Shown: positions 53,449-61,787 of the stretch, one piece after another
Layout of the letters: each line of letters opens with the position of its first letter
How positions within the stretch are numbered: the first letter of the stretch is position 1
Assembly: GCA_039931065.1 (NCBI GenBank)
Contig: JBDTSP010000006.1
Coordinates: forward strand, 126,161-190,160
Direction of reading: 5' to 3'
DNA length: 64,000 nt
Source: Pseudomonadota bacterium
GTDB lineage: Bacteria; Pseudomonadota; Gammaproteobacteria; Steroidobacterales; Steroidobacteraceae
The notes under the pieces: model-generated
What the model was told of the DNA's origin: nothing
Seen by the model: only the letters and a program-made list of their open reading frames with translations
Database searches by the model: none
Position numbers and translations under genes: made by a program

Positions 53449-54908
53449 CAGTTACCCGACACCAGCAGGCGGGCGCGGGACTTGAGCAGCTCGAATGCGT
53501 TACGGTCCACGATCCACAGGGCCGCCGGATAGATAGCCGCGCCGGCGGCAATCAACACGAGCAGCTGGACGGCCGGCGGTGCGCGCGGCGCGAGCTCCGC
53601 CCAGTACTGCAGCGCCGCGACACTCGCCGCCATCACACCCGCCGCAATCGCGGGGCCGCGCAACACGGCAAACACCTGCGCGTAACTCAATCCAATCGCT
53701 CGCAACACCAGGCGGAACGCGAACGCATAGACCGGCGGAAACGCAAACAGCCATGCGAGCGAGACGCCGCGGACGCCGCCCAGGAATGCACCGGCAGCCA
53801 ATGCCGCCGTCATCACGGGCACGATGATCAACTTCGTCTGCAACAACACCGGCGCGCGGCCGATGCCGGTCATGGCCGGAGTCTCGACGCTGCCGATGAG
53901 CCGCAGCGGCGCAACCATCGCCATGGCAACCAGCGGAAATACCGCCGGCTGCCATTGCTCGCCGAAGATCACCGGCACGGCGGTGAGCGCGACGCTGGCG
54001 ATTCCCCAGAAGACCGGCAGACCGATCGCGCCATGGGTCCGGATGGTCTCGAGCATGAGGCTGCTGGTCTCGTCACGATCGGAGGCGAGCCGCGCGTACG
54101 CGGGCAATGACACATCGTTCACCACCGTCGAGATCTTCTCGAGTGGCGTGTTCGCGACTTGCTGGCCAAAGCTGAAGTTGCCGAGCTGCGCAGCACCGCT
54201 CCAGCGTCCCAGCAGGAAGACGTCGATCGATGTGTACCACCGGAACAGCAGGCCATCGGCGATCAACACCGCGCTGGTGCGCAGGTAGCGCAGCGCATTT
54301 GAGAACGAGTGGGTCGGCAGGTGCAGGCTCGGCACAGCGACATTGAGCATCACGGTGCGCACCAGCGCGCCGGTCACCTGCCCCCACACCAGCGACCACG
54401 CGCCGTAGCCGGCGCGTGCCAGCAACACCATCACGATCGACGAGAAGAGCGCCTGCACCGAAGACACCACCGCGAGCGGACCGAAGCGCATGTCATGGAT
54501 CAGCCGCGCGTGCGGCAGGATGCCGAGTGACGTGGTGACGAGGCTGGTGGCGAGCACCGCAATGATGGCCGCGACCTCGGGTGTATCGACCACGGTTGCG
54601 ATCGGACCCGAGAGCGCCGCAAGCACCACCGCCGAGCCCACGCCCATTGCCAGCAGCAGCGTGAATACCGCGCGCCGCTCGTCCAGCGACTGCGGGTGCT
54701 GCTGCACCAGTGTCTCGAGCATGCCGCCTTCGTACATGAGCTGCGCGTAGCCGAACGCCACGGCGGCGATGGCGAACACACCGACCGCGTGGGCATCCAG
54801 GGTTCGCAATACGTACACGGTGCCAAGCCAGGAGACGGCCTGCACCAGTACCTTCGCGAGCGTATGCGCCCGCAATCCGGCCCTGAACTTCTGATAGATC
54901 TCACGCAC
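53448..54908 (-). CDS. Wzx-type oligosaccharide flippase (MOP superfamily)
   Basis: About 12-14 TM segments and a polysaccharide-biosynthesis-protein-like N-terminus. The start is GTG. Confidence 0.85.
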   Translation of the reverse strand: MREIYQKFRAGLRAHTLAKVLVQAVSWLGTVYVLRTLDAHAVGVFAIAAVAFGYAQLMYEGGMLETLVQQHPQSLDERRAVFTLLLAMGVGSAVVLAALSGPIATVVDTPEVAAIIAVLATSLVTTSLGILPHARLIHDMRFGPLAVVSSVQALFSSIVMVLLARAGYGAWSLVWGQVTGALVRTVMLNVAVPSLHLPTHSFSNALRYLRTSAVLIADGLLFRWYTSIDVFLLGRWSGAAQLGNFSFGQQVANTPLEKISTVVNDVSLPAYARLASDRDETSSLMLETIRTHGAIGLPVFWGIASVALTAVPVIFGEQWQPAVFPLVAMAMVAPLRLIGSVETPAMTGIGRAPVLLQTKLIIVPVMTAALAAGAFLGGVRGVSLAWLFAFPPVYAFAFRLVLRAIGLSYAQVFAVLRGPAIAAGVMAASVAALQYWAELAPRAPPAVQLLVLIAAGAAIYPAALWIVDRNAFELLKSRARLLVSGN

Positions 54909-55021
54909 GCGTTTCAGGTCACAGTGGCGGGCGGCGCGTGAATGTTAGTATCGGCCGCAGCTCTTGCAGGGACACCATGTGTGTGCCGCGGGGCGCTGGA
55001 AAATTCAGCACGCTCGCGAAC

Positions 55022-56089
55022 ATGTCCACCAGTCACACTCGGCGCAAGAGCAAGCAGCAACGTCTCGCGGATGCGGTCCTCGGCACAGGAACCCTCGGCG
55101 GATTGCGCACGTTGCACGATCGCGGCCGCTCGCCGGTGCTGATCCTGAACTATCACCGAATCGCCGCGGCCGAGCAGACGCAAAACTACCCCCTCGATCT
55201 CGGGCTCATCAGCGCGACGCGCGATGAGTTCGACAGCCAGATGCGCGCGTTGCGCGAGTTCGCGAACCCGGTATCGCTCGACACGATCGCCGATGCCGTG
55301 ACTCACGGCCGTACTTTGCCGGAACGCGCCGTCGCGGTCACGTTCGACGACGGGTTTCTCGACACTTTCGAAGTCGCATTCCCGCTGCTCCAGCAGCACG
55401 AAGTTCCCGCCACCGTATTCGTCGCGACCGAACACGTCGAGAACCAGGAACCTTTCTGGTTCGAAATCACCGCCCACCTGATGCTGCGCGTGCCGGCGCG
55501 TGCGATCAGGTTCGCCGAGTGCCCGGAAGGTTTGCCCACAGCCGACGAGCCGGCGGCGCGGCGGGACTCGATCGCGGAACTGCACCGCGTGCTCAAGGCC
55601 TGCGCAAATGCGCGGCGGCGCGAACTCGTCGACGAATGGCGCGAGCGATTCGAGGGCAGTCTCGACCCGCGCGCGGTCGAGCTGAGCCGGCCGGTTTCGA
55701 AGCAGCAGATCCTCGAGATGGCACGCGCCGGCATCGAATTCGGATCACATACGGTGTCACATCCCAATCTTGCCCTGGCGACGAACGAAGTCATCGACCG
55801 CGAACTGGCGGACTCGAAGTCCTACCTCGAGCGATTGCTGGGGAAAGCGGTGCGTGCGCTCGCCTATCCATTCGGCACGCCCGATACATACGACGCGCGG
55901 GTGATGGACAGCGCCCGAGCGAACGGATACGAACTTGCGGTTTCGTTCCGGCAAGGCGTCAACTGGTTAGGCGCGCTCGACACGATGGAGTTGCGCCGCA
56001 TCGGCATCGGTCCCGGAGTCACGGAGTCGCAGTTCCGCGTGATGCTGGCATTGCCGGCCTGGTTGCACCCGAAGCTGCGCGACCATTAA
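55022..56089 (+). CDS. polysaccharide deacetylase (NodB family)
   Basis: VTFDDGFLDT and GSHTVSHPNL. It is the only plus-strand gene inside the minus-strand block. The start may be 54938 or ATG 55022. Confidence 0.8.
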   Translation: MSTSHTRRKSKQQRLADAVLGTGTLGGLRTLHDRGRSPVLILNYHRIAAAEQTQNYPLDLGLISATRDEFDSQMRALREFANPVSLDTIADAVTHGRTLPERAVAVTFDDGFLDTFEVAFPLLQQHEVPATVFVATEHVENQEPFWFEITAHLMLRVPARAIRFAECPEGLPTADEPAARRDSIAELHRVLKACANARRRELVDEWRERFEGSLDPRAVELSRPVSKQQILEMARAGIEFGSHTVSHPNLALATNEVIDRELADSKSYLERLLGKAVRALAYPFGTPDTYDARVMDSARANGYELAVSFRQGVNWLGALDTMELRRIGIGPGVTESQFRVMLALPAWLHPKLRDH

Positions 56090-56104
56090 ACGGCACTGGC
56101 GGGC

Positions 56105-57175
56105 TCAGGGAAGTTTGCGAACCAGCCAAGGGCCCACGAGGTTCGCGCTCCAGAGCGGCATGCGCCGCCAGACTTTCGCGGCGAGTTCGTATTTCGGATT
56201 CGACTGATTCAGCTTGGGGATCTCAGCTCCCTGGGGCAGCCAGTAGTACCAGTGCAACTGCAGCGGCTGCGCGCCCCACTGTGCCTTGAAGCGATAGGTG
56301 CCGCTGTCGACGGTCGAACGGCCGAAGTCGAAGGCACGCACGCCGCGCGACACGCACAACTTCAACATCTCCCAGTACATGCGCATGTTGAGCGCGCCGC
56401 GTTTGCCGGTATGGGAACAGGCCGCCCACGGCACCTCGATGCGCTCCCCGTGACGAACGATGATGGCGGCCGCTTCGGCGCGGCCCTTTACCCGGATGAC
56501 CAGCACGTCGATCGCGCCGCGCAACGCTTCGAGCGTGACGTCGAAGAAATGCCGTGGATAGACCGGCGTGCCAAGGTCGTGCATCGCGGCCGCGAATACC
56601 TGGTAGAAATCCGCCAGCAGTTCGGCCCCGCCCCAGTGGATCGTGGGTTCCTCGCGTTCGGCGCGTTTGATCTGCGAGCGCAGTTTCGAACCGAGCTGTT
56701 TCGAGAGGGCAGCTTCATCGCTTGGCAGCGGCAGCACCATCGACACCTTGTCGGTGCGGTCGGCCAGCGGCAACTGATCGAGCGGCGCGCTGTGCCGCAG
56801 CTCCACGTGTTTGGCGCCGCGTTTCCGGCCGAGATCACCCGCCGCCGCGGCCAGCGCCGCCGCGACCTGCGCATCGCGCGCGAGGATTCCGCCGTAGGTG
56901 AAAAAAGGCACCGAACTCAGGAAGCGGCCGAACAACAGGCTCGATTGCTCCACCAGCGGCAGCACGCCGGCGAGTTTTCCGTCGGCATCGGTCGCGGATA
57001 GATAGAAGGTGTCGAGGCCGAACGCCCGCTGGCCGATCGCCACGGCGTCGGCGCGATGGTAGGCGGTCGATTCCGGATGGCCGAGGACGAAATCATCCCA
57101 CCCCGGAGGCGCCGAGGACGCAATCGCGATCTGCACGATCTGGTTACGGTCCGCCGAATCCGCCGGCGGCGACAT
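56105..57175 (-). CDS. FemAB family protein, PEP-CTERM system-associated (TIGR03019-like)
   Basis: PGWDDFV..HP..T.YH, FFTYGGIL and FDFGRST.DSGTYRFKAQWGA. ATG 57175 overlaps the upstream gene by 32 nt. GTG 57136 is an alternative start. Confidence 0.85.
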   Translation of the reverse strand: MSPPADSADRNQIVQIAIASSAPPGWDDFVLGHPESTAYHRADAVAIGQRAFGLDTFYLSATDADGKLAGVLPLVEQSSLLFGRFLSSVPFFTYGGILARDAQVAAALAAAAGDLGRKRGAKHVELRHSAPLDQLPLADRTDKVSMVLPLPSDEAALSKQLGSKLRSQIKRAEREEPTIHWGGAELLADFYQVFAAAMHDLGTPVYPRHFFDVTLEALRGAIDVLVIRVKGRAEAAAIIVRHGERIEVPWAACSHTGKRGALNMRMYWEMLKLCVSRGVRAFDFGRSTVDSGTYRFKAQWGAQPLQLHWYYWLPQGAEIPKLNQSNPKYELAAKVWRRMPLWSANLVGPWLVRKLP

Positions 57176-58472
57176 TGTCGCCGACCAGGTAGGCAAACCG
57201 CACCCACAGTTCGTTGGCACGGAAATCCGCGCCGCTCTGATCGTCGTTGCGATCGAGGTAACGGTAATCGACACTCACGAAACTCGTACGGCTGACACCC
57301 CAGCGCAGGCCGAGAGTCGCGCTAATGTCGGCGAACTTGCGATCGAGTTCTTCGAATTCCTGGCGCGAGTAGTTGGTGCTGACGTGCGCGCTCAGGTAGG
57401 AATTCAGGCTGCGTTGCAGACTCAGGTCAAGACTGATGCGTTTGCGATCGAACAGCGGCTGGGCGTCGTAGCCCTCGTCCGTGTAGCCGAGCCGCAACTG
57501 CAGGCCCGTGCGGTTGCGCGAGAAACGCGCGAAGACGGCGCCATAATTGTTCTCGAATGGCGTAGCCGTTTGCTGCACCGGCACCGGATCGACCGAGCCC
57601 GGCTGCAGCGACTGCACCTGCGCGAACGCGCTGCCCGCATCCGAAAAATCGTGCCCGACTTCCAGTCCGACGTTGAGCGAAGGCGACGCCTGGCGCGTCA
57701 TCTCGACGCGGCCAAGCCAGCTGTCGTTCGATTGACCGGCCGCGCGAATCTCGGTGGCGCCGGCCTCGATCGACAGGCTGGTGCGCGCCGCCTGCAGGTT
57801 GTAACTCAGAAAGGCTTCGTTGTGATCGAACTCGACGAACTGTGCTTCGTCGTCATACGAGACGCGCTCCGAGGTCGCGTTGATGGACACGCTGCTGGCG
57901 TCCGACAATTCGCGCAGCAGCGCGAGTTCGCCACGGATGCGGTTGTTGCCGAGTGCGTTGTCCTCGTAGTGCACGTCGACGTAGCGGCCATGCACCAGCA
58001 ATTTGTTGCGCGACCCCAGCGGCAAGGTGAAATCGGGACCGGTCGAAAGATGGTTGACGTTCTCGCGGTTGTCGGGAGTTGCGGGCGCGAACTGGTTCGC
58101 CGTGGTCTGGCCGAACGTATCGTCCACCGTCCAGGTGAGGCGCTCCTCGACGAGGTCTAGCACCGCGTTGCCGATCAGGTTGCCGATCACTTCGCTGTCG
58201 AAGGAGTTGTCGAGGTAGTCGCGGTATTCGAACCGCGTGGCGACTTTGGCGGAGAGCCGCTTGGACTCGTGGTCGAGGCGCATCTGCGCACCGACCGTCG
58301 CGATCGTCTCCCCCTGCTTGTCGTCGGCGACCTTGGCGATGTTGTCGCTGTATCCAACGCCCGCATCGACGCCATAACTCAGCTCGGCGCCCCAACCCAC
58401 CTGCGCCGTGGCGCACAGGCCCGCGACGGCGGCGCCCAGCGCGGTCCGCGACCGTAGGCTCACTGGTTTCAT
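57144..58472 (-). CDS. PEP-CTERM locus outer-membrane beta-barrel protein (TIGR03016-like)
   Basis: Signal peptide MKPVSLRSRTALGAAVAGLCATAQV and alternating beta-strand pattern. The aromatic-rich C-terminal strand WVRFAYLV is followed by a short GDNVAAGGFGGP tail. The track ORF start at 58670 is an extension. Confidence 0.8.
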   Translation of the reverse strand: MKPVSLRSRTALGAAVAGLCATAQVGWGAELSYGVDAGVGYSDNIAKVADDKQGETIATVGAQMRLDHESKRLSAKVATRFEYRDYLDNSFDSEVIGNLIGNAVLDLVEERLTWTVDDTFGQTTANQFAPATPDNRENVNHLSTGPDFTLPLGSRNKLLVHGRYVDVHYEDNALGNNRIRGELALLRELSDASSVSINATSERVSYDDEAQFVEFDHNEAFLSYNLQAARTSLSIEAGATEIRAAGQSNDSWLGRVEMTRQASPSLNVGLEVGHDFSDAGSAFAQVQSLQPGSVDPVPVQQTATPFENNYGAVFARFSRNRTGLQLRLGYTDEGYDAQPLFDRKRISLDLSLQRSLNSYLSAHVSTNYSRQEFEELDRKFADISATLGLRWGVSRTSFVSVDYRYLDRNDDQSGADFRANELWVRFAYLVGDNVAAGGFGGP

Positions 58473-58518
58473 CGCTGATACTCCCCTGACTTGTTTGTTG
58501 GTCGGCGCGGCGGCCGCG

Positions 58519-59421
58519 TCACCCGTGCGTTTCGCCGTACTTCCCGTCGCCGTAGTAATAACCTTCGGAGGCGCGCACGTTGCACTGATTGAGAATGAAA
58601 CCGACCGACTTGTCGGACGGAATGTGACTGACCGCGTCCACCACCGCCTGCTGCGGCGTCGACTGCGCATTCACGACCACCACCACCTGCCCCACGATCG
58701 CCGCGAGCGCGCGCGATTCACTGGTCAAAAGCAGCGGCGGTGAATCGAGCAGCACTATGCGATTGGGACTGTGCGCGCCGAGCCGCGCCACGGTTCTTTC
58801 CATGTGCGAGCTCGACAGTAGTTCGGTCGCGATGTTGGTCCGGTTGCCCGCGGGCAGGATGTTCAGGCCCGGGATGTCGGTCGGGATGATGAGCGACTCG
58901 AGGTCGAGCGTTTCATCCTTGAGCGCGTCCAGCAGGCCCGCTTCCTTCTCGACGCCGAAAATGCGGCTTATGTGCCGCTTGGCGACGTCCGCATCCACCA
59001 GCAACACCGTGATGTCCTGCTCGAGCGCGAGGCTGAGCGCGAGGTTGATGCTGGTGAAAGTCTTGCCTTCGTTCGGCAGCGCGCTTGCGGTCATGATCAG
59101 GTGACCGCTCTGGATTTTCTTCGCGCCACGTCCGCCGGCATTGGCGATCAGGGGACGCTTGATCTGCCGGAACTGATCGGCGATCTGACGCTCCTGGTCG
59201 AGCGGCGCGAGAAAACCCGCGGCTCGCAGCGACTCGCGGTCGACCGTGATCGGCGCGTGTTGCGAAACCTTGCGCAGTACGGTCGGCGCCGGCAGCGGCT
59301 TCGCGGCCGCCGTTGGGGCACGGTCCGGCAAAGTCGGTGTACGGGCGGTGCCAGCGGCATCCGCGGCCTTTCCGGCTTGCGCGGATTGCAGTTTCTTGAG
59401 TGCGGTTTCTACGAGGCTCAT
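58519..59421 (-). CDS. exopolysaccharide/PEP-CTERM locus tyrosine autokinase (BY-kinase, TIGR03018-like)
   Basis: Walker A SALPNEGKT, Walker A' LLVDAD, Walker B IVLLDSPP. Tyr-rich tail EGYYYGDGKYG. Confidence 0.9.
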   Translation of the reverse strand: MSLVETALKKLQSAQAGKAADAAGTARTPTLPDRAPTAAAKPLPAPTVLRKVSQHAPITVDRESLRAAGFLAPLDQERQIADQFRQIKRPLIANAGGRGAKKIQSGHLIMTASALPNEGKTFTSINLALSLALEQDITVLLVDADVAKRHISRIFGVEKEAGLLDALKDETLDLESLIIPTDIPGLNILPAGNRTNIATELLSSSHMERTVARLGAHSPNRIVLLDSPPLLLTSESRALAAIVGQVVVVVNAQSTPQQAVVDAVSHIPSDKSVGFILNQCNVRASEGYYYGDGKYGETHG

Positions 59422-59445
59422 GCCAACTCCAAACTATTCGTGGTG

Positions 59446-60996
59446 TTACTGCACGAGGCGGACGAGAGATCCGCTGAATCGCAGGATGAACGCGAAGACT
59501 GCGAATAATGCGCCGGCGGCGATCGAATACCGAATCAGTTCGGCGCGACGGCGCTGCCGATGTTTGTCGAGCCAGGTCTCGCTCACCACGCCGAGCACGG
59601 GCAGGCCCGTGACTTCGCTCAACACGCGGCTGCTGGTGAAGACGGGGCGCAGCTGATGCAGCAGCACCGCGAGACCCGCGCCGGCCGCGAGGCCCAACAG
59701 CAGTCCACCGATGTGCAGCAGGGGACGGTTCGGAGCGATGGGCTCCATCTTGGCGGCCGGCGGATCGAGCACCTCGAACCGGATCGCATCGGTTTCTTCG
59801 GCCTGGTCGCCGATCTTCGCGCGCTCGGCACGATCGACGAACGCGGCATATCGTTCACGCATGCCGGCGTAATCACGATTGAGGCGCGTGAACTCGGCCT
59901 CGATTTCGGGGGCCGTGTCGACGAGCTTCTGCAGCTCGGCGACCTTGCGTTGGCCGTCGGCGATCCGGGCGCGTAAAGCCGCGATCTCGACATCCGAGCG
60001 GTTCATCGAAAGCTGGATGCTCTGCACCACGGGATTTGCCGACGCACCAGCGGGCAGTCCGCTGCCGCCGCGCATCGCCGCGAGTTCCGCCTTGCGGCGC
60101 TCTTCGAGCTGCGCGATGGTCTGGCGCAGCGCGAGCACGTCCGGATGTTTCTCGGTGTATTGCAGCAGCAGGTTGTCGAGTCGACCCTGCGCTTCCTGGA
60201 TTCGTTGTGCGGTTTCGCTGGTGATCGCACCGGCGCTCGAGCTCGAGTGTGCGGCCGTCGCTTCGCCACGCAATTGCCGCTGTAGTTCGTCGCGGCCCGA
60301 TTGGGCGATCGACAGATCCGCCTTGTTCTTTTCGATGGCCTGCAACTCGCCCTGCAGGCGGGTGAAGTAGTCGCCCTGCGCTCCGGGCATCAAGCCGACA
60401 TTGCGGCGCTTGAAGTCTGCCAGGCGCGCCTCGGACTCACGCAGGCGCTGCTCGTACTCTTCGATCTGCTCGCGCAGGAATTTCTGTCCGACTTCCGAAC
60501 CGGATTGTTTGCCGCCCAGCACTTCTTCGACGAAATTGTTCATGAGCAGCTCGACCACGCGCAGACTGGTCTGGCGGTCGCGATCCGAATAGGTGAGCGT
60601 GAACACCAGGCCGCCGGTTCCGGCGTCGGTCGCGGTGATCTTGATCGTCTTCAGCAGCGAATCGACCATGGCGATTCGGGCCTGCGGCGTCTTCGCGCGC
60701 AGGTCGAGATCCGTCTCGCGGATCACCTTCTCGAGTTGCGGGCGGCTCAGCAGCGACTGGCGCACGAAGTTGATCTGCGCGTTGAGATCCTGCTGGATCG
60801 CGAGATCCTTGACGTAGCGGTCGAGCGCCGTGCGCGTGTCGACGAACACGCGCGCGCTCGCGCCGTACTCGTCGGGCATCGCGAATACGACGGCCCAGCA
60901 GGCAATGCTGACGGCCCACGCCGCCGCGAGTGCGACCCGGCGAAAACGCCAAGCGCCGCGAAAATCGTCCAACAGTTTTTTGACTACTTCCTGCAT
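59446..60996 (-). CDS. polysaccharide chain length determinant (PCP), PEP-CTERM locus subfamily
   Basis: N-terminal and C-terminal TM helices flank a long coiled-coil periplasmic region. The N-terminus is Wzz-like. Confidence 0.9.
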   Translation of the reverse strand: MQEVVKKLLDDFRGAWRFRRVALAAAWAVSIACWAVVFAMPDEYGASARVFVDTRTALDRYVKDLAIQQDLNAQINFVRQSLLSRPQLEKVIRETDLDLRAKTPQARIAMVDSLLKTIKITATDAGTGGLVFTLTYSDRDRQTSLRVVELLMNNFVEEVLGGKQSGSEVGQKFLREQIEEYEQRLRESEARLADFKRRNVGLMPGAQGDYFTRLQGELQAIEKNKADLSIAQSGRDELQRQLRGEATAAHSSSSAGAITSETAQRIQEAQGRLDNLLLQYTEKHPDVLALRQTIAQLEERRKAELAAMRGGSGLPAGASANPVVQSIQLSMNRSDVEIAALRARIADGQRKVAELQKLVDTAPEIEAEFTRLNRDYAGMRERYAAFVDRAERAKIGDQAEETDAIRFEVLDPPAAKMEPIAPNRPLLHIGGLLLGLAAGAGLAVLLHQLRPVFTSSRVLSEVTGLPVLGVVSETWLDKHRQRRRAELIRYSIAAGALFAVFAFILRFSGSLVRLVQ

Positions 60997-61006
60997 GTCG
61001 CGACCC

Positions 61007-61642
61007 TCAGAACCGCGACTCGGGAACGACCAGTACGTCGCCCGGCTGCAGGAGGATGTTCTGGGCCATGTCGCCCTTGTTGATGAGGTCGTCGAGCTTC
61101 AGCTTGAGTTCGCGCTGCTTGCCCTTCTCCGACCGGACGATCTTGGCGCGATTGCCGGCGGCGAACGGCGCAAGTCCGCCGACCGCGAGCACGGCGTCGA
61201 GAGCGGTGATGCCTTCGCGAAACGGCAATGCCTGCGGCTTGGCGACCTGGCCGATGATCTTCACCTGGCTGAAGGTGCTGATCGGCTGGCTCACGATCAC
61301 GTTGACCTGCGGCGAGCGCACGTATTCGGACAGAACCTTTTCCATCTCGCGCGCGAGCTGCGAAGGCGTCTTGCCGACCGCGACGATGTCTTCGACCAGC
61401 GGCGTGGAGACCTTGCCATCCGGGCGAACGGGGACGGATACCGAGAGCTCCGGCTGGCGCCACACAAAGATCTGGAGGACGTCGCCCGGACCGATGATGT
61501 ATGTGGCGTCGAGCTTGACGGCTGGCAGCTCCGCGGATGCGGGGGCAACGGGTGCCGGATCGGCCGCCAGCACGGCGCGCGGGGCGACCGTCAGCAACAG
61601 CACGAAGGCAATTCTGGTCAGCAAGTTAGTGTAAAAATTCAT
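61007..61642 (-). CDS. polysaccharide export protein (OPX/Wza-like), PEP-CTERM system-associated
   Basis: YIIGPGDVLQIFVW (PES motif) and a SLBB-like C-terminus ending LQPGDVLVVPE. The start is ATG 61642 or 61657. Confidence 0.85.
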   Translation of the reverse strand: MNFYTNLLTRIAFVLLLTVAPRAVLAADPAPVAPASAELPAVKLDATYIIGPGDVLQIFVWRQPELSVSVPVRPDGKVSTPLVEDIVAVGKTPSQLAREMEKVLSEYVRSPQVNVIVSQPISTFSQVKIIGQVAKPQALPFREGITALDAVLAVGGLAPFAAGNRAKIVRSEKGKQRELKLKLDDLINKGDMAQNILLQPGDVLVVPESRF

Positions 61643-61787
61643 GAAGTTATTGAGCACCTTAAGCGCGGACGAAGGGTAACAGAGCGACTCCGTCGGGACG
61701 GTCGCAGCGACTGTGACTTGCTTCGCATTCGTTCAAGTTGGTTCAGGGTATGGGCGCCCTGTAAAGAACTTCGACAGCGCGCGATTA

